64,000 bases of DNA from Candidatus Latescibacterota bacterium (GTDB lineage: Bacteria; Latescibacterota; UBA2968; GCA-2709665). The DNA lies in the NCBI GenBank assembly GCA_965222075.1, contig OZ244937.1:64001-128000 (forward strand), written 5' to 3'. A program made the translations under genes and the position numbers. Below the pieces are notes generated by a model. The model was not told the origin of the DNA, searched no databases, and was given only the letters and a program-made list of their open reading frames with translations. Positions 47,550 through 55,956 of this stretch are shown one piece after another; the stretch's first letter is position 1; each line of letters opens with the position of its first letter.

Positions 47550-49151
47550 GTGATGACTATGCCTTTTTCATTTCGGCTGCGCCTGAACTGGGGCACGGCC
47601 GCCCGGGTTGCGGCGGATGTCCTGCTGATCAATCTGGCCTTCGCGGTTGCCTTGAGCATTCGTTTTGCCCTGATCGTCTGGAGCATTACAGGCAGCCGCC
47701 CCGGCGAATACGGATCTATTTTCCAGCGTTTTATCGAGGTTTACACATCGACCAGCTGGATCATCACCGGGATCTGTCTCATCGTCTTCGCGCTGAGCGG
47801 CTTCTACACCTACGGCCGAAATTACAAGGGCCGCTACAAAACCCTGGTCATTTTCCAGGCCGTGAGTCTGGGCTACCTCATATCCGGGATCGTCCTGTAC
47901 ATGCTGATGGACGCGGAGGTCCGGGAGATCCTGGGCATCACGGATCGGCCGGTGCCCAGGGCGGCCTTTTTCATCTCCTGGTTGAACACCTTCCTGCTGG
48001 TGGCGGGTGCGCGGTTCTGGTCGGCGATATGGCGGAAGATCCTCCACCGGGAGTCGCAACAGCCGGCTTCTTCCAGCAGACAAAAGCCGGAGCATATCCT
48101 GGTGATTGGCGGGGCGGGCTACATCGGGTCGGCTTTGCTGCGCCGCCTGCTTGAGCGGAACTATACCGTGCGGCTGATGGATCTCCTGTTGTACGGAGAA
48201 GAACCGATCGCGGACTTGGTGGGCCATCCCAGGCTGGAACTGATCCGGGCGGATTTCCGCCAGATCGACCGGGTCGTGCAGGCTATGCAGGGTATGGATG
48301 CCGTGGTCCATCTGGGGGCCATTGTGGGCGATCCGGCCGGCGCCCTGGACGAAAAGCTGACCATTGACATCAACATGATCGCCACGCGCATGATCGCGGA
48401 GATCGCGCGCAGCAACGATATCGAGCGGTTTGTTTTCGCCTCGACCTGTTCGGTGTACGGCGCTGGCGAGCAGGTCCTGGACGAGCACTCCGTGCTCACG
48501 CCCGTCTCCCTGTACGCGCGCACCAAGCTGGCGGCCGAGCAGATGCTTTTGGGCATGACCTCCACCTCCCCTGGTTTCGCGCCCGTCATTCTGCGTTTCG
48601 GGACCCTGTACGGCTTTTCGGGGCGGGCGCGGTTCGATCTGGTGGTGAACCTGCTGACGGCCAAAGCGCTGCACGAGGGCCAAATCCCGGTGTTCGGCGG
48701 GGAGCAGTGGCGCCCATTCATCCATGTGGAGGACGCGGCCCACGCGGTCCTGCGGGTCGTAGAGTCCCCGTCCTCGGTGGTGAGTGGGGAGGTATTTAAC
48801 GTTGGCTCCAACGAACAGAACTACCAGATAAGGACCATTGGAGAAATCATCCAGCGAAGGGTCCCTGCCGCCCAGGTGATCGACCAGGGAGACGAGGCGG
48901 ATCCGCGCGACTACCGCGTCAATTTCGACAAGGTCGGCCATTTGCTCGGATTCGCCCCCGAATGGACGGTGGAAGAAGGCATCCAGCAGGTCATCGAGGC
49001 CTTTGAGCAAGGCCGGATACACGACTACCAGGACAAGCTCTACAGCAATGTCCGGTTTCTGACGGACGAAGGCGCCTCCCGACTCCTGGGGCACGCCGAG
49101 GACTGGATGAGCGAGTACCTGCAGGGGTCCTCAAAAGAAAACCACGGTTGA
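47550..49151 (+). CDS. N-terminal 4-TM domain fused to NAD-dependent epimerase/dehydratase
   Basis: TM helices in aa ~15-160; GGAGYIG, STCSVYG, YARTK, RFDLVVN, WRPFIHV. Confidence 0.85.
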   Translation: MMTMPFSFRLRLNWGTAARVAADVLLINLAFAVALSIRFALIVWSITGSRPGEYGSIFQRFIEVYTSTSWIITGICLIVFALSGFYTYGRNYKGRYKTLVIFQAVSLGYLISGIVLYMLMDAEVREILGITDRPVPRAAFFISWLNTFLLVAGARFWSAIWRKILHRESQQPASSSRQKPEHILVIGGAGYIGSALLRRLLERNYTVRLMDLLLYGEEPIADLVGHPRLELIRADFRQIDRVVQAMQGMDAVVHLGAIVGDPAGALDEKLTIDINMIATRMIAEIARSNDIERFVFASTCSVYGAGEQVLDEHSVLTPVSLYARTKLAAEQMLLGMTSTSPGFAPVILRFGTLYGFSGRARFDLVVNLLTAKALHEGQIPVFGGEQWRPFIHVEDAAHAVLRVVESPSSVVSGEVFNVGSNEQNYQIRTIGEIIQRRVPAAQVIDQGDEADPRDYRVNFDKVGHLLGFAPEWTVEEGIQQVIEAFEQGRIHDYQDKLYSNVRFLTDEGASRLLGHAEDWMSEYLQGSSKENHG

Positions 49152-49192
49152 TCTTCCGGGCGGCTCGATTGGCGTCCTTAGCGTTGGGTGGA

Positions 49193-49215
49193 TTGTAATC
49201 GACGCGTGATTACAA
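49193..49215. other. Intergenic palindrome TTGTAATC-N7-GATTACAA
   Basis: 8-bp perfect arms; operator or REP remnant, function unknown. Confidence 0.35.
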
Positions 49216-49297
49216 CGCAGCGGATCAAGCAAATGGCGGATGAAAAGGGGGGGTTAATGAATCAGTTCATCACCTATGGGATCGGGGGCTTCAGGCC

Positions 49298-50266
49298 ATG
49301 AAATTCATCGTGACGGGGAGCAACGGCTTTATTGGCTATCACACTTGCCGGCGCCTGATGGACCTCGGGGAGGTTATCGGTGTTGATGACCTGTCCACCG
49401 GCTCAGCGGACAACGAGGTGGATGGCGTTCAATACCACACCCACAGCATTACCGATGCCGATTGGCTGGTGCATCTGCTTCGGGACACAAACCCGGAGGT
49501 GGTTATCCATTTGGCGGCGATGTCGCGGGTTGCCTTCTCGGTGCAGTACCCGCTGCGCAGTGCGGCGGCGAACGTGATGGGGACCATCTCCGTGCTCAAC
49601 GCGATTCTCAAGGCGGAACGGGTGGGGGGAACCAGGCTCGTGTTCGCCAGCAGTAGCTCGGTCTATGGCGGCGCCAAGCGCCTGCCCACGCCAGAAATGC
49701 ACCCCTGTGATCCGCAATCACCGTACGCCCTGGCGAAGTTGCACGGCGAGCAGTGGTGTGACATGTTCCATCGCCTGTACGGGCTCGATGTGGTGAGCCT
49801 GCGGTATTTCAATGTGTTTGGGCCGGGCGCGCGCTTCGGCGGCGCCTACTCTACCGTATTACCCGCGTGGATGTATCACATGTTTGTCGATCGGTCATAT
49901 CAGCCCTATCTGGAGGGTGACGGCACCCAGTCAAAGGACTTCTGCTTTATTGACAATGTCGTACAGGCGAACATCGCCGCGGCGACGCGGGCGCGCGGCT
50001 TCGCGGCAGACGTGCTGAATATCGGGCAGGGGCACGCCCACTCTCTCCTTGAGATCAAGGATATCATCGAGCAGATTGCCGGCAGGAAGCTCCCGCTCGA
50101 ACGCCGCCCGCCGCGCGTCGGTGATGTCAAGCATACCCTGGCCGACATCTCGCGGGCCCGGGCGGAGCTGGGGTTCGAGCCCACGACGGACTTTCACGCG
50201 CAGCTTGCCCTCACGGCAGCCTGGAACCGCGAATGCTATGGCCAGCCGTCTTGCAGGCAGGACTGA
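49298..50266 (+). CDS. NAD-dependent nucleotide-sugar epimerase (WbpP-like)
   Basis: TGSNGFIG, ASSSSVYG, SPYALAK, LRYFNVFGP, GDGTQ.KDF, R.GDVKHTLAD. Confidence 0.9.
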   Translation: MKFIVTGSNGFIGYHTCRRLMDLGEVIGVDDLSTGSADNEVDGVQYHTHSITDADWLVHLLRDTNPEVVIHLAAMSRVAFSVQYPLRSAAANVMGTISVLNAILKAERVGGTRLVFASSSSVYGGAKRLPTPEMHPCDPQSPYALAKLHGEQWCDMFHRLYGLDVVSLRYFNVFGPGARFGGAYSTVLPAWMYHMFVDRSYQPYLEGDGTQSKDFCFIDNVVQANIAAATRARGFAADVLNIGQGHAHSLLEIKDIIEQIAGRKLPLERRPPRVGDVKHTLADISRARAELGFEPTTDFHAQLALTAAWNRECYGQPSCRQD

Positions 50267-50362
50267 AACTTTTGATCAAGGACCAATATTGCGTCTCACA
50301 TCCCGATGCCTGATAGATCTCTGAAACGGTGTGAGGGCCACTGCAGATTATCACGCCCCATA

Positions 50363-50390
50363 CACCTGTCTGCCATCTGCACAGGCAGGT
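50363..50390. repeat. Single CCTGTCTGCC...CACAGGCAGG REP-like palindrome
   Basis: ACCTGTCTGCCATCTGCACAGGCAGGT. Confidence 0.65.
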
Positions 50391-50524
50391 AGGCACAAAA
50401 TAGCTTGTTAGTCCTTTATCATTTTCATATATCTCCGCCACTCGAGGACGATCAACAGCTGGCGATGAACCTCGCTCACCCGCTCGACAACGGCCGCACC
50501 CAGCCCACTCCGCACCATTTTCCC

Positions 50525-50553
50525 TTGCTTAAATCATGGATTAAGGATATTTT
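50525..50553 (+). promoter_or_regulatory. Candidate sigma70 promoter of the HEPN-MNT operon with palindromic spacer
   Basis: TTGCTT-N17-TATTTT; overlapping imperfect palindrome CTTAAATCATGGATTAAG. Confidence 0.45.
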
Positions 50554-50611
50554 TAACCTGGCGGTTTGAGGCGCATCCAGGTTAGATCTGAATTATGGAC
50601 GGAGAGACGTG

Positions 50612-51001
50612 ATGGCGCAGCGATGGAAGGACTGGCTCACCCAGGCGAAGCACGATCTGGAGCAGGCCGCCTCCTCGCGGAGGGAAGGCCGTCATGATTG
50701 GGCCTGCTTCGCGGCGCAGCAGGCTGCTGAGAAGGCGGTCAAAGCGCTCCATCTCGCCCGGGGTCAGGAGGCGTGGGGCCACGTCGTCGCCCGCCTCTTG
50801 TCGGAGCTCCCGGACGCCCCGCCTGAGCATCTCGTCGAACAAGGGCGGGCGCTCGACAACTTCTACGTACCAACACGCTACCCGAACGGGCATCCGGAAG
50901 GGGCGGCCTACGAGCACTACGGTCCGCTGCAGAGCGATCAAGGACTGCGTTATGCCGGTGACATCCTCCAGTTCGTCCATCAAGCGCTGGCCGGCGCCTG
51001 A
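50612..51001 (+). CDS. HEPN domain protein (putative toxin)
   Basis: W..QA..DL, WACF.AQQAAEKA.KA, WGH, Y.PTRYPNGH (R-x4-H). Confidence 0.9.
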   Translation: MAQRWKDWLTQAKHDLEQAASSRREGRHDWACFAAQQAAEKAVKALHLARGQEAWGHVVARLLSELPDAPPEHLVEQGRALDNFYVPTRYPNGHPEGAAYEHYGPLQSDQGLRYAGDILQFVHQALAGA

Positions 51002-51329
51002 GGCTGTCCTGGAAGCGCTTCGCGCGTGGTCCGCTGCCCAGGCTGAGAGGCGGGGGGACCTGGTGGCGCTGGGCTTTTTCGGCTCCTACGCCCGTGGGGA
51101 CGCCGGGTTCGGCAGCGATCTCGACCTCGTCGCAGTGGTTGAGAACAGTTCCGCCTCCTTTATCGAGCGGGCTCGTGGGTGGCCGACCCACGCCTTGCTC
51201 GTGCCCGCCGATCTGCTTGTCTACACCGTTGATGAATGGCAGACGCTGCGGGAGGACGGAGGCCGTTTCGCCGAGGTCCTCTCAGAGGAAACGGTCTGGC
51301 TGGTGGGCCCACCGGAAGACCCGGGTTGA
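50952..51329 (+). CDS. Minimal nucleotidyltransferase (MNT, putative antitoxin)
   Basis: FGSYARGD....SDLDL, DLLVYT..EW; ATG 50952 overlaps HEPN 3' end. Confidence 0.9.
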   Translation: MPVTSSSSSIKRWPAPEAVLEALRAWSAAQAERRGDLVALGFFGSYARGDAGFGSDLDLVAVVENSSASFIERARGWPTHALLVPADLLVYTVDEWQTLREDGGRFAEVLSEETVWLVGPPEDPG

Positions 51330-51440
51330 CTGGGGGTCTGATCCTGCGTGGATTGTTCTAAAGGAGTCCGGGTGGTGTTCCACAGAAATGGCAGCCTTAT
51401 TTGGCTGCCATCTCTTTATCGATTGTGATAGGAGGTTGAG

Positions 51441-51502
51441 ATGGCCACACCAGGGCAGGTGCGGACCGGTATTGTGGGGTTGGGACCGCGCGGCAGGCGG
51501 GC
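51441..51502 (+). pseudogene. 5' stub of the Gfo/Idh/MocA gene found intact at 22770
   Basis: MATPGQVRTGIVGLGPRGRRA, then homology stops. Confidence 0.85.
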
Positions 51503-51612
51503 ATGCCCTGCCGGACCGCGGTGGTGTACGCCCGCCATCGGGGATCGGTTGTTGTTGATGAGGCGAAAGATCACGGAGCATCCCGTGGGGGTGCCTTCTG
51601 TGGAGGGTTGCG

Positions 51613-52743
51613 ATGATCTCAATTGCCGCTGATTTCGAGTGCGGAAACGCGAAGAATGTCCAGCAGATCGCGATCGATCGGTTTCGGCTCGAGGTTGTAG
51701 GCGACAAGGCGTCTTACAGTTACTACTTTTGCTTTGACGTCCGGAATGATGGGCCCCGCACGGATGTGACTGTCGAAGTGTGGGCCGATCCCGATTTCGG
51801 TCCGACGGGTTTTGTCGTCTGTTTGCCCACGACCATCTGGATCAGGTCCGGAGGCCGGGACCGTTTCAAGCCGCTTGATCGCTCCAGCGTCGAAAATTTC
51901 GGGGAACCCCTGCTGATCCGCCTGAATCTGGAGGAGAACGAATCCGTTCGGGTGGCCAATGCCTGGCCGGCGCCCTATGGCGATACCTGCGAATTCCTCC
52001 GGAAACTGGCCGATGAACGTGGGGACCGCTGTGAGCTGTTCACCCTGGGCAAGTCGGTCCAGGGCCGGGACATCCCCGGCATCCGCGCCGGCGCGTCCGG
52101 CAAGCCGAAACTCCTCTGCGGGGCCGGTCAACACGCGGTCGAATTTACCGGCACGTGGGGTATGCGGGGTATTGCCGACTTCATCACCTCCCTCCTGCCC
52201 GATGCCACTGCCCTGCGAGAGCAGATACAGGTTGAGGTCATACCGGTGGTCAATCCGGATGGAAATGTGATGGCCCGAAACGCCTTCAACGCGGAAGGGT
52301 TCGACATGTACCAGGCTTTTGGGGACGATCCGGATTCGGAGCATCCCGAAGCCCACGAGAGCCGGCTGCTTTGGCGTAAATTTATTGAAGAACAACCCGC
52401 CCTCTGGATGAATATCCACGCTTTTGCGGGCTGGCGAAATAACAGCGAATACCCCTATGACGGCTGGTATGAGGTGGTCGATCCGGTCTTCCGGAACTCC
52501 GACCGGGCGCGGCTTTACCAGGCTCTGTGCGATACCATGCGCCTGGAGACCGATGGGCTTTCCACGCACGGCAAAGCGAACGTCCATCGCGAGCATACGA
52601 TGTGTTATCAGATGGCCAGAAGGTTTGGCATTCCCAGCGTCTTCTATGAGATCAATGTAGCCACTGCAGGCCCGCACGGGTCCGCCAAACGCGCGATCCA
52701 TGTCTTCAAGCGGGCGGTTCATACCCTGCTCAACAGCCGCTGA
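51613..52743 (+). CDS. M14 family zinc carboxypeptidase
   Basis: DFECGN, LGKSVQGRDI, QHAVE (HxxE), PVVNPDG, MNIH. Confidence 0.85.
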   Translation: MISIAADFECGNAKNVQQIAIDRFRLEVVGDKASYSYYFCFDVRNDGPRTDVTVEVWADPDFGPTGFVVCLPTTIWIRSGGRDRFKPLDRSSVENFGEPLLIRLNLEENESVRVANAWPAPYGDTCEFLRKLADERGDRCELFTLGKSVQGRDIPGIRAGASGKPKLLCGAGQHAVEFTGTWGMRGIADFITSLLPDATALREQIQVEVIPVVNPDGNVMARNAFNAEGFDMYQAFGDDPDSEHPEAHESRLLWRKFIEEQPALWMNIHAFAGWRNNSEYPYDGWYEVVDPVFRNSDRARLYQALCDTMRLETDGLSTHGKANVHREHTMCYQMARRFGIPSVFYEINVATAGPHGSAKRAIHVFKRAVHTLLNSR

Positions 52744-52790
52744 GGTGGAGGGTTGACAGAACAGAATGTACACAGGGAGAGGAGCCCAGG

Positions 52791-54059
52791 ATGAACGAGA
52801 GCAGGCGGGATCTTTTGGAGAGGTTTCTGGCCAGAGATTGGTATTCGGAAAAGGCGAGACAGGTCAAGATGGAGCGGTACCTGGTATGGATGGCGGCGCA
52901 GGAGAGGCCACCCCTTAAGGTAACCGGCCCTGATAAGGGCGCCGAGGTTTTAAACGTGGGGGTGGTTGGACTGGGACGCGGCAGGTATATGGCGAAATTC
53001 TGCGACCTCCTGGACCAGAGCCGAACGGTGGCGGTGTGCGATGAGGTGGAGGACCTGGCAGCGTTTGTGGCGGAAGAGCAGAAGATCCCGAAGTCGTACC
53101 GGGACTACGGGGAGATGCTCAAGGACGAGGAGGTCCGGGTGATTGTCGTGGAGACGGGCACGGACCGGCACGGGGAGCATACGATCCAGGCGCTGCAGGC
53201 GGGGAAGCACGTTTTTGTAGAGATGCCGGCTGCGGTTACGCTGGAGGAATGCCGGGCGATTGTGGATTTGAGCGAGGAGACCGGTCTGAAGGTGCAGATG
53301 GGCAACCAGTTGAGGTGGTACAACCGGTACGAGGCGCTCAAGAAGCTTTGCATGGAGGAGGAGTTCGGGAAGATCCAGTATATGGAGGCGGAGTACAATT
53401 GCGACTACCGGTGGCGGAAGCGGTTCTGGGGGGATCGGGAGCGGGAGGTGGGCATGCCGGCGGACCGGGGGTGCGAAGGGGGGATCGAGCCCCCGCTGAA
53501 CGCAGCGGTGCATACCACGTTTGACACGTCGCGCTGGCTGCTGGGGGACGAGCAGATCGTGGAGGTGGAGGCGTTCGGGATGCGGGGCACGAGTTTTGTG
53601 AAGGGCAGGCCGGAGGAGGGCTTTGGCGCGAAAACCGGCGACGGCTGCGACAGCGTGGTGGCGCTGATGAAGAGCGAGAGCGGTGTGGTCATCAAGGCGT
53701 TGCAGTGTTACGGGTTCCGGCGCCCCCACCTGAACTATCTCGCCCTGTACGGGACGATTGGGTGTTACGAAGGGGAGCGGCGCAACGAAGTGGGGTCTGG
53801 ATATGTACACCTGCCCCACAAGTTTCTGAATACGGTGGAATCGGGAGATGGATGGATGGATCTGCCCCTTGTGGTGGGTACGGGGCCGGGTCACCAGGGG
53901 GCGGAGTTTGATATGATGCTGGATTTTTTCGACGCCATTATCCGGGACCGGCGCCCGCTGATCGATGCGGTCCAGGCCGCTCGTTCGTGCGCGCCGGCGA
54001 TCTGCGGGGAGCTTGCAGCGGTGCGTGGGGAGCGGATGTCGGTTCCCCAATTTCCATGA
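52791..54059 (+). CDS. Gfo/Idh/MocA family oxidoreductase
   Basis: VGVVGLGRG, AGKHVFVEMP, GNQLR, EAEY, GHQGAE. Confidence 0.9.
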   Translation: MNESRRDLLERFLARDWYSEKARQVKMERYLVWMAAQERPPLKVTGPDKGAEVLNVGVVGLGRGRYMAKFCDLLDQSRTVAVCDEVEDLAAFVAEEQKIPKSYRDYGEMLKDEEVRVIVVETGTDRHGEHTIQALQAGKHVFVEMPAAVTLEECRAIVDLSEETGLKVQMGNQLRWYNRYEALKKLCMEEEFGKIQYMEAEYNCDYRWRKRFWGDREREVGMPADRGCEGGIEPPLNAAVHTTFDTSRWLLGDEQIVEVEAFGMRGTSFVKGRPEEGFGAKTGDGCDSVVALMKSESGVVIKALQCYGFRRPHLNYLALYGTIGCYEGERRNEVGSGYVHLPHKFLNTVESGDGWMDLPLVVGTGPGHQGAEFDMMLDFFDAIIRDRRPLIDAVQAARSCAPAICGELAAVRGERMSVPQFP

Positions 54060-54094
54060 GAATCGCCGTTCTTGACATAAACGGGAGATAAAAT

Positions 54095-54220
54095 ATGGCA
54101 TCAGGATTTCTCGAACGTCTAAATGAGGGTGCGCTGCCGTATCACGTACGGGCGATGGCCGAAGCCATCGGCAAGCCGACCGAGCTACCGGACCGGCCCG
54201 GTCCTTACCAGATGATATGA
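54095..54220 (+). pseudogene. 41-aa in-frame mini-ORF: N- and C-termini of a BHMT-like gene with the core deleted
   Basis: MASGFLERLNEG+ALPYHVRAMAEAIGKPTELPDRPGPYQMI* matches both ends of 24007-24942; GGGAG upstream; TGA overlaps next ATG. Confidence 0.9.
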
Positions 54221-55956
54221 ACATGTTGCGTATGAATTCTCTCTACCCCACCGGGTTGAGCGTATGCCTGCTTGGGGCATGCGTGAGCGGGACGCTCCAC
54301 GCAGGTCCTCCACGCTTCGTGGACGTAACCGCCTCCTCAGGCATTGGCTTTCGACACATCCATGGCGGGACCGGCAAGAAGTATTTTGTGGAGACGATGG
54401 GTTCGGGGGGTGCGTTTTTTGACTATAACAACGACGGCTGGCTGGACATCTTTGCCGTCAACGGAGGGGTGTTGCCGGGTTATATCGGAGCGCGTCCGCT
54501 CAACCGGCTGTACCGGAACGACGGCAACGGCGCCTTCTCGGATGTGACCCGGTCCGCGGGTATCGGGGTTACGGCCTACGGGATGGGCAGCTGCGTGGGG
54601 GACTTCGACAACGATGGATACGACGACCTCTATGTGAGTTGCTACGGACCCAACAGCCTGTTTCACAACAATGGAGACGGGACGTTTACGGAGGTGGCCC
54701 GTACGGCCGGTGTATCCGGGGATTCGGTCTGGAGCGTGGGTTGCGCCTTCCTGGATTACGACGCGGATGGGTATCTGGACCTCTATGTGGCCAACTACGT
54801 GGCTTTCTCGCTCTCCTCGGTCTCCGCCGGCCTGAGACCTTACGCATCCCGTGTCGCCGCCGATCTTTCCGAAGACGCCCGGTTTTATCCCCATCCCGAC
54901 AATTTCAAAGGTGTCGCCGACCGGCTCTATCACAACAACGGAGACGGAACGTTTACGGATGTGACGGATCGGGCCGGCATTCTCAACCCTTCCGGAAAGG
55001 GGATGGGGATGGTGTGCGGCGATGCCGACGGAGACGGGGACGTTGATATCTTTGTGGCCAACGACATGACGCCCAACTTCCTCTACCGAAATCGTGGGGA
55101 TGGGACCTTTGTGGAGAAGGGGCTGCTGGCGGGGGTAGCCTACAGTGGCGCGGGCGACCTGCAGTCCAGCATGGGGGCCGATTGGGGGGATTTTGACCGG
55201 GACGGCCGCATGGACCTGGTGGTGACGAATTTCGGGATGGAGGGCGCTGGACTCTACCGCAACGAGGGCAGCGGGCTCTTTACGGATATCTCATCCAGAT
55301 CCGGGACCCGGAAGGCCACCTTTCGTTATGTTGGCTGGGGTGCCGGCTTTCTGGACTATGACAACGACGGGTGGTCCGACCTGCTGATGGTGCACGGCCA
55401 TGTGCTGGACAACGCGGATCGGGTCGGCAGCGTTTATCCCCAACCCGCAGTCCTGTTCCGCAACAGCGGGAGCGGACGGTTCGTGGACGTGACGCGGGAG
55501 GTGGAGGACGATCTGTCCGCGCCTTTTGCGAGCCGGGGAGCTGCGTTTGGGGACTACGACAACGACGGAGATGTGGACGTGTTCGTTCTAACGGTGAACG
55601 GCCCGGCGAGGCTTCTCAGAAACGAGGCCGGAAATCGGAACCACTGGCTGAGAGTGAAGCTGGTGGGAGGCGCAGGGCAAGAGGTGGAGCGCCCGGGACG
55701 CACGACGCTTTTATCGAACCGCAACGGCATTGGCGCACGGGTGACGGTGTGGGCCGGGGGGCGGCAGCAGGTCGGGGAGGTAAAGAGCGGGTCGAGTTAC
55801 CTGTCCCAGAACGACTTTCGCCTGCATTTCGGGCTTGGCTCGGCCGTGGAGGCCGACTCGGTCGTGATTCGCTGGCCGGGTGGGATCGTGGACCGGCTGG
55901 AGACCCTGGCGGCGGATGGGGAAGTCGTTGTACAGGAAGGGGAGACGCGTCCATGA
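54217..55956 (+). CDS. CRTAC1 family protein (FG-GAP/VCBS repeats plus ASPIC/UnbV domain)
   Basis: ETMGSG.AFFDYNNDGWLD, repeated N.GDGTF.DVT, N.NGIGARV, SYLSQND.RLHFGLG. Confidence 0.92.
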   Translation: MNMLRMNSLYPTGLSVCLLGACVSGTLHAGPPRFVDVTASSGIGFRHIHGGTGKKYFVETMGSGGAFFDYNNDGWLDIFAVNGGVLPGYIGARPLNRLYRNDGNGAFSDVTRSAGIGVTAYGMGSCVGDFDNDGYDDLYVSCYGPNSLFHNNGDGTFTEVARTAGVSGDSVWSVGCAFLDYDADGYLDLYVANYVAFSLSSVSAGLRPYASRVAADLSEDARFYPHPDNFKGVADRLYHNNGDGTFTDVTDRAGILNPSGKGMGMVCGDADGDGDVDIFVANDMTPNFLYRNRGDGTFVEKGLLAGVAYSGAGDLQSSMGADWGDFDRDGRMDLVVTNFGMEGAGLYRNEGSGLFTDISSRSGTRKATFRYVGWGAGFLDYDNDGWSDLLMVHGHVLDNADRVGSVYPQPAVLFRNSGSGRFVDVTREVEDDLSAPFASRGAAFGDYDNDGDVDVFVLTVNGPARLLRNEAGNRNHWLRVKLVGGAGQEVERPGRTTLLSNRNGIGARVTVWAGGRQQVGEVKSGSSYLSQNDFRLHFGLGSAVEADSVVIRWPGGIVDRLETLAADGEVVVQEGETRP

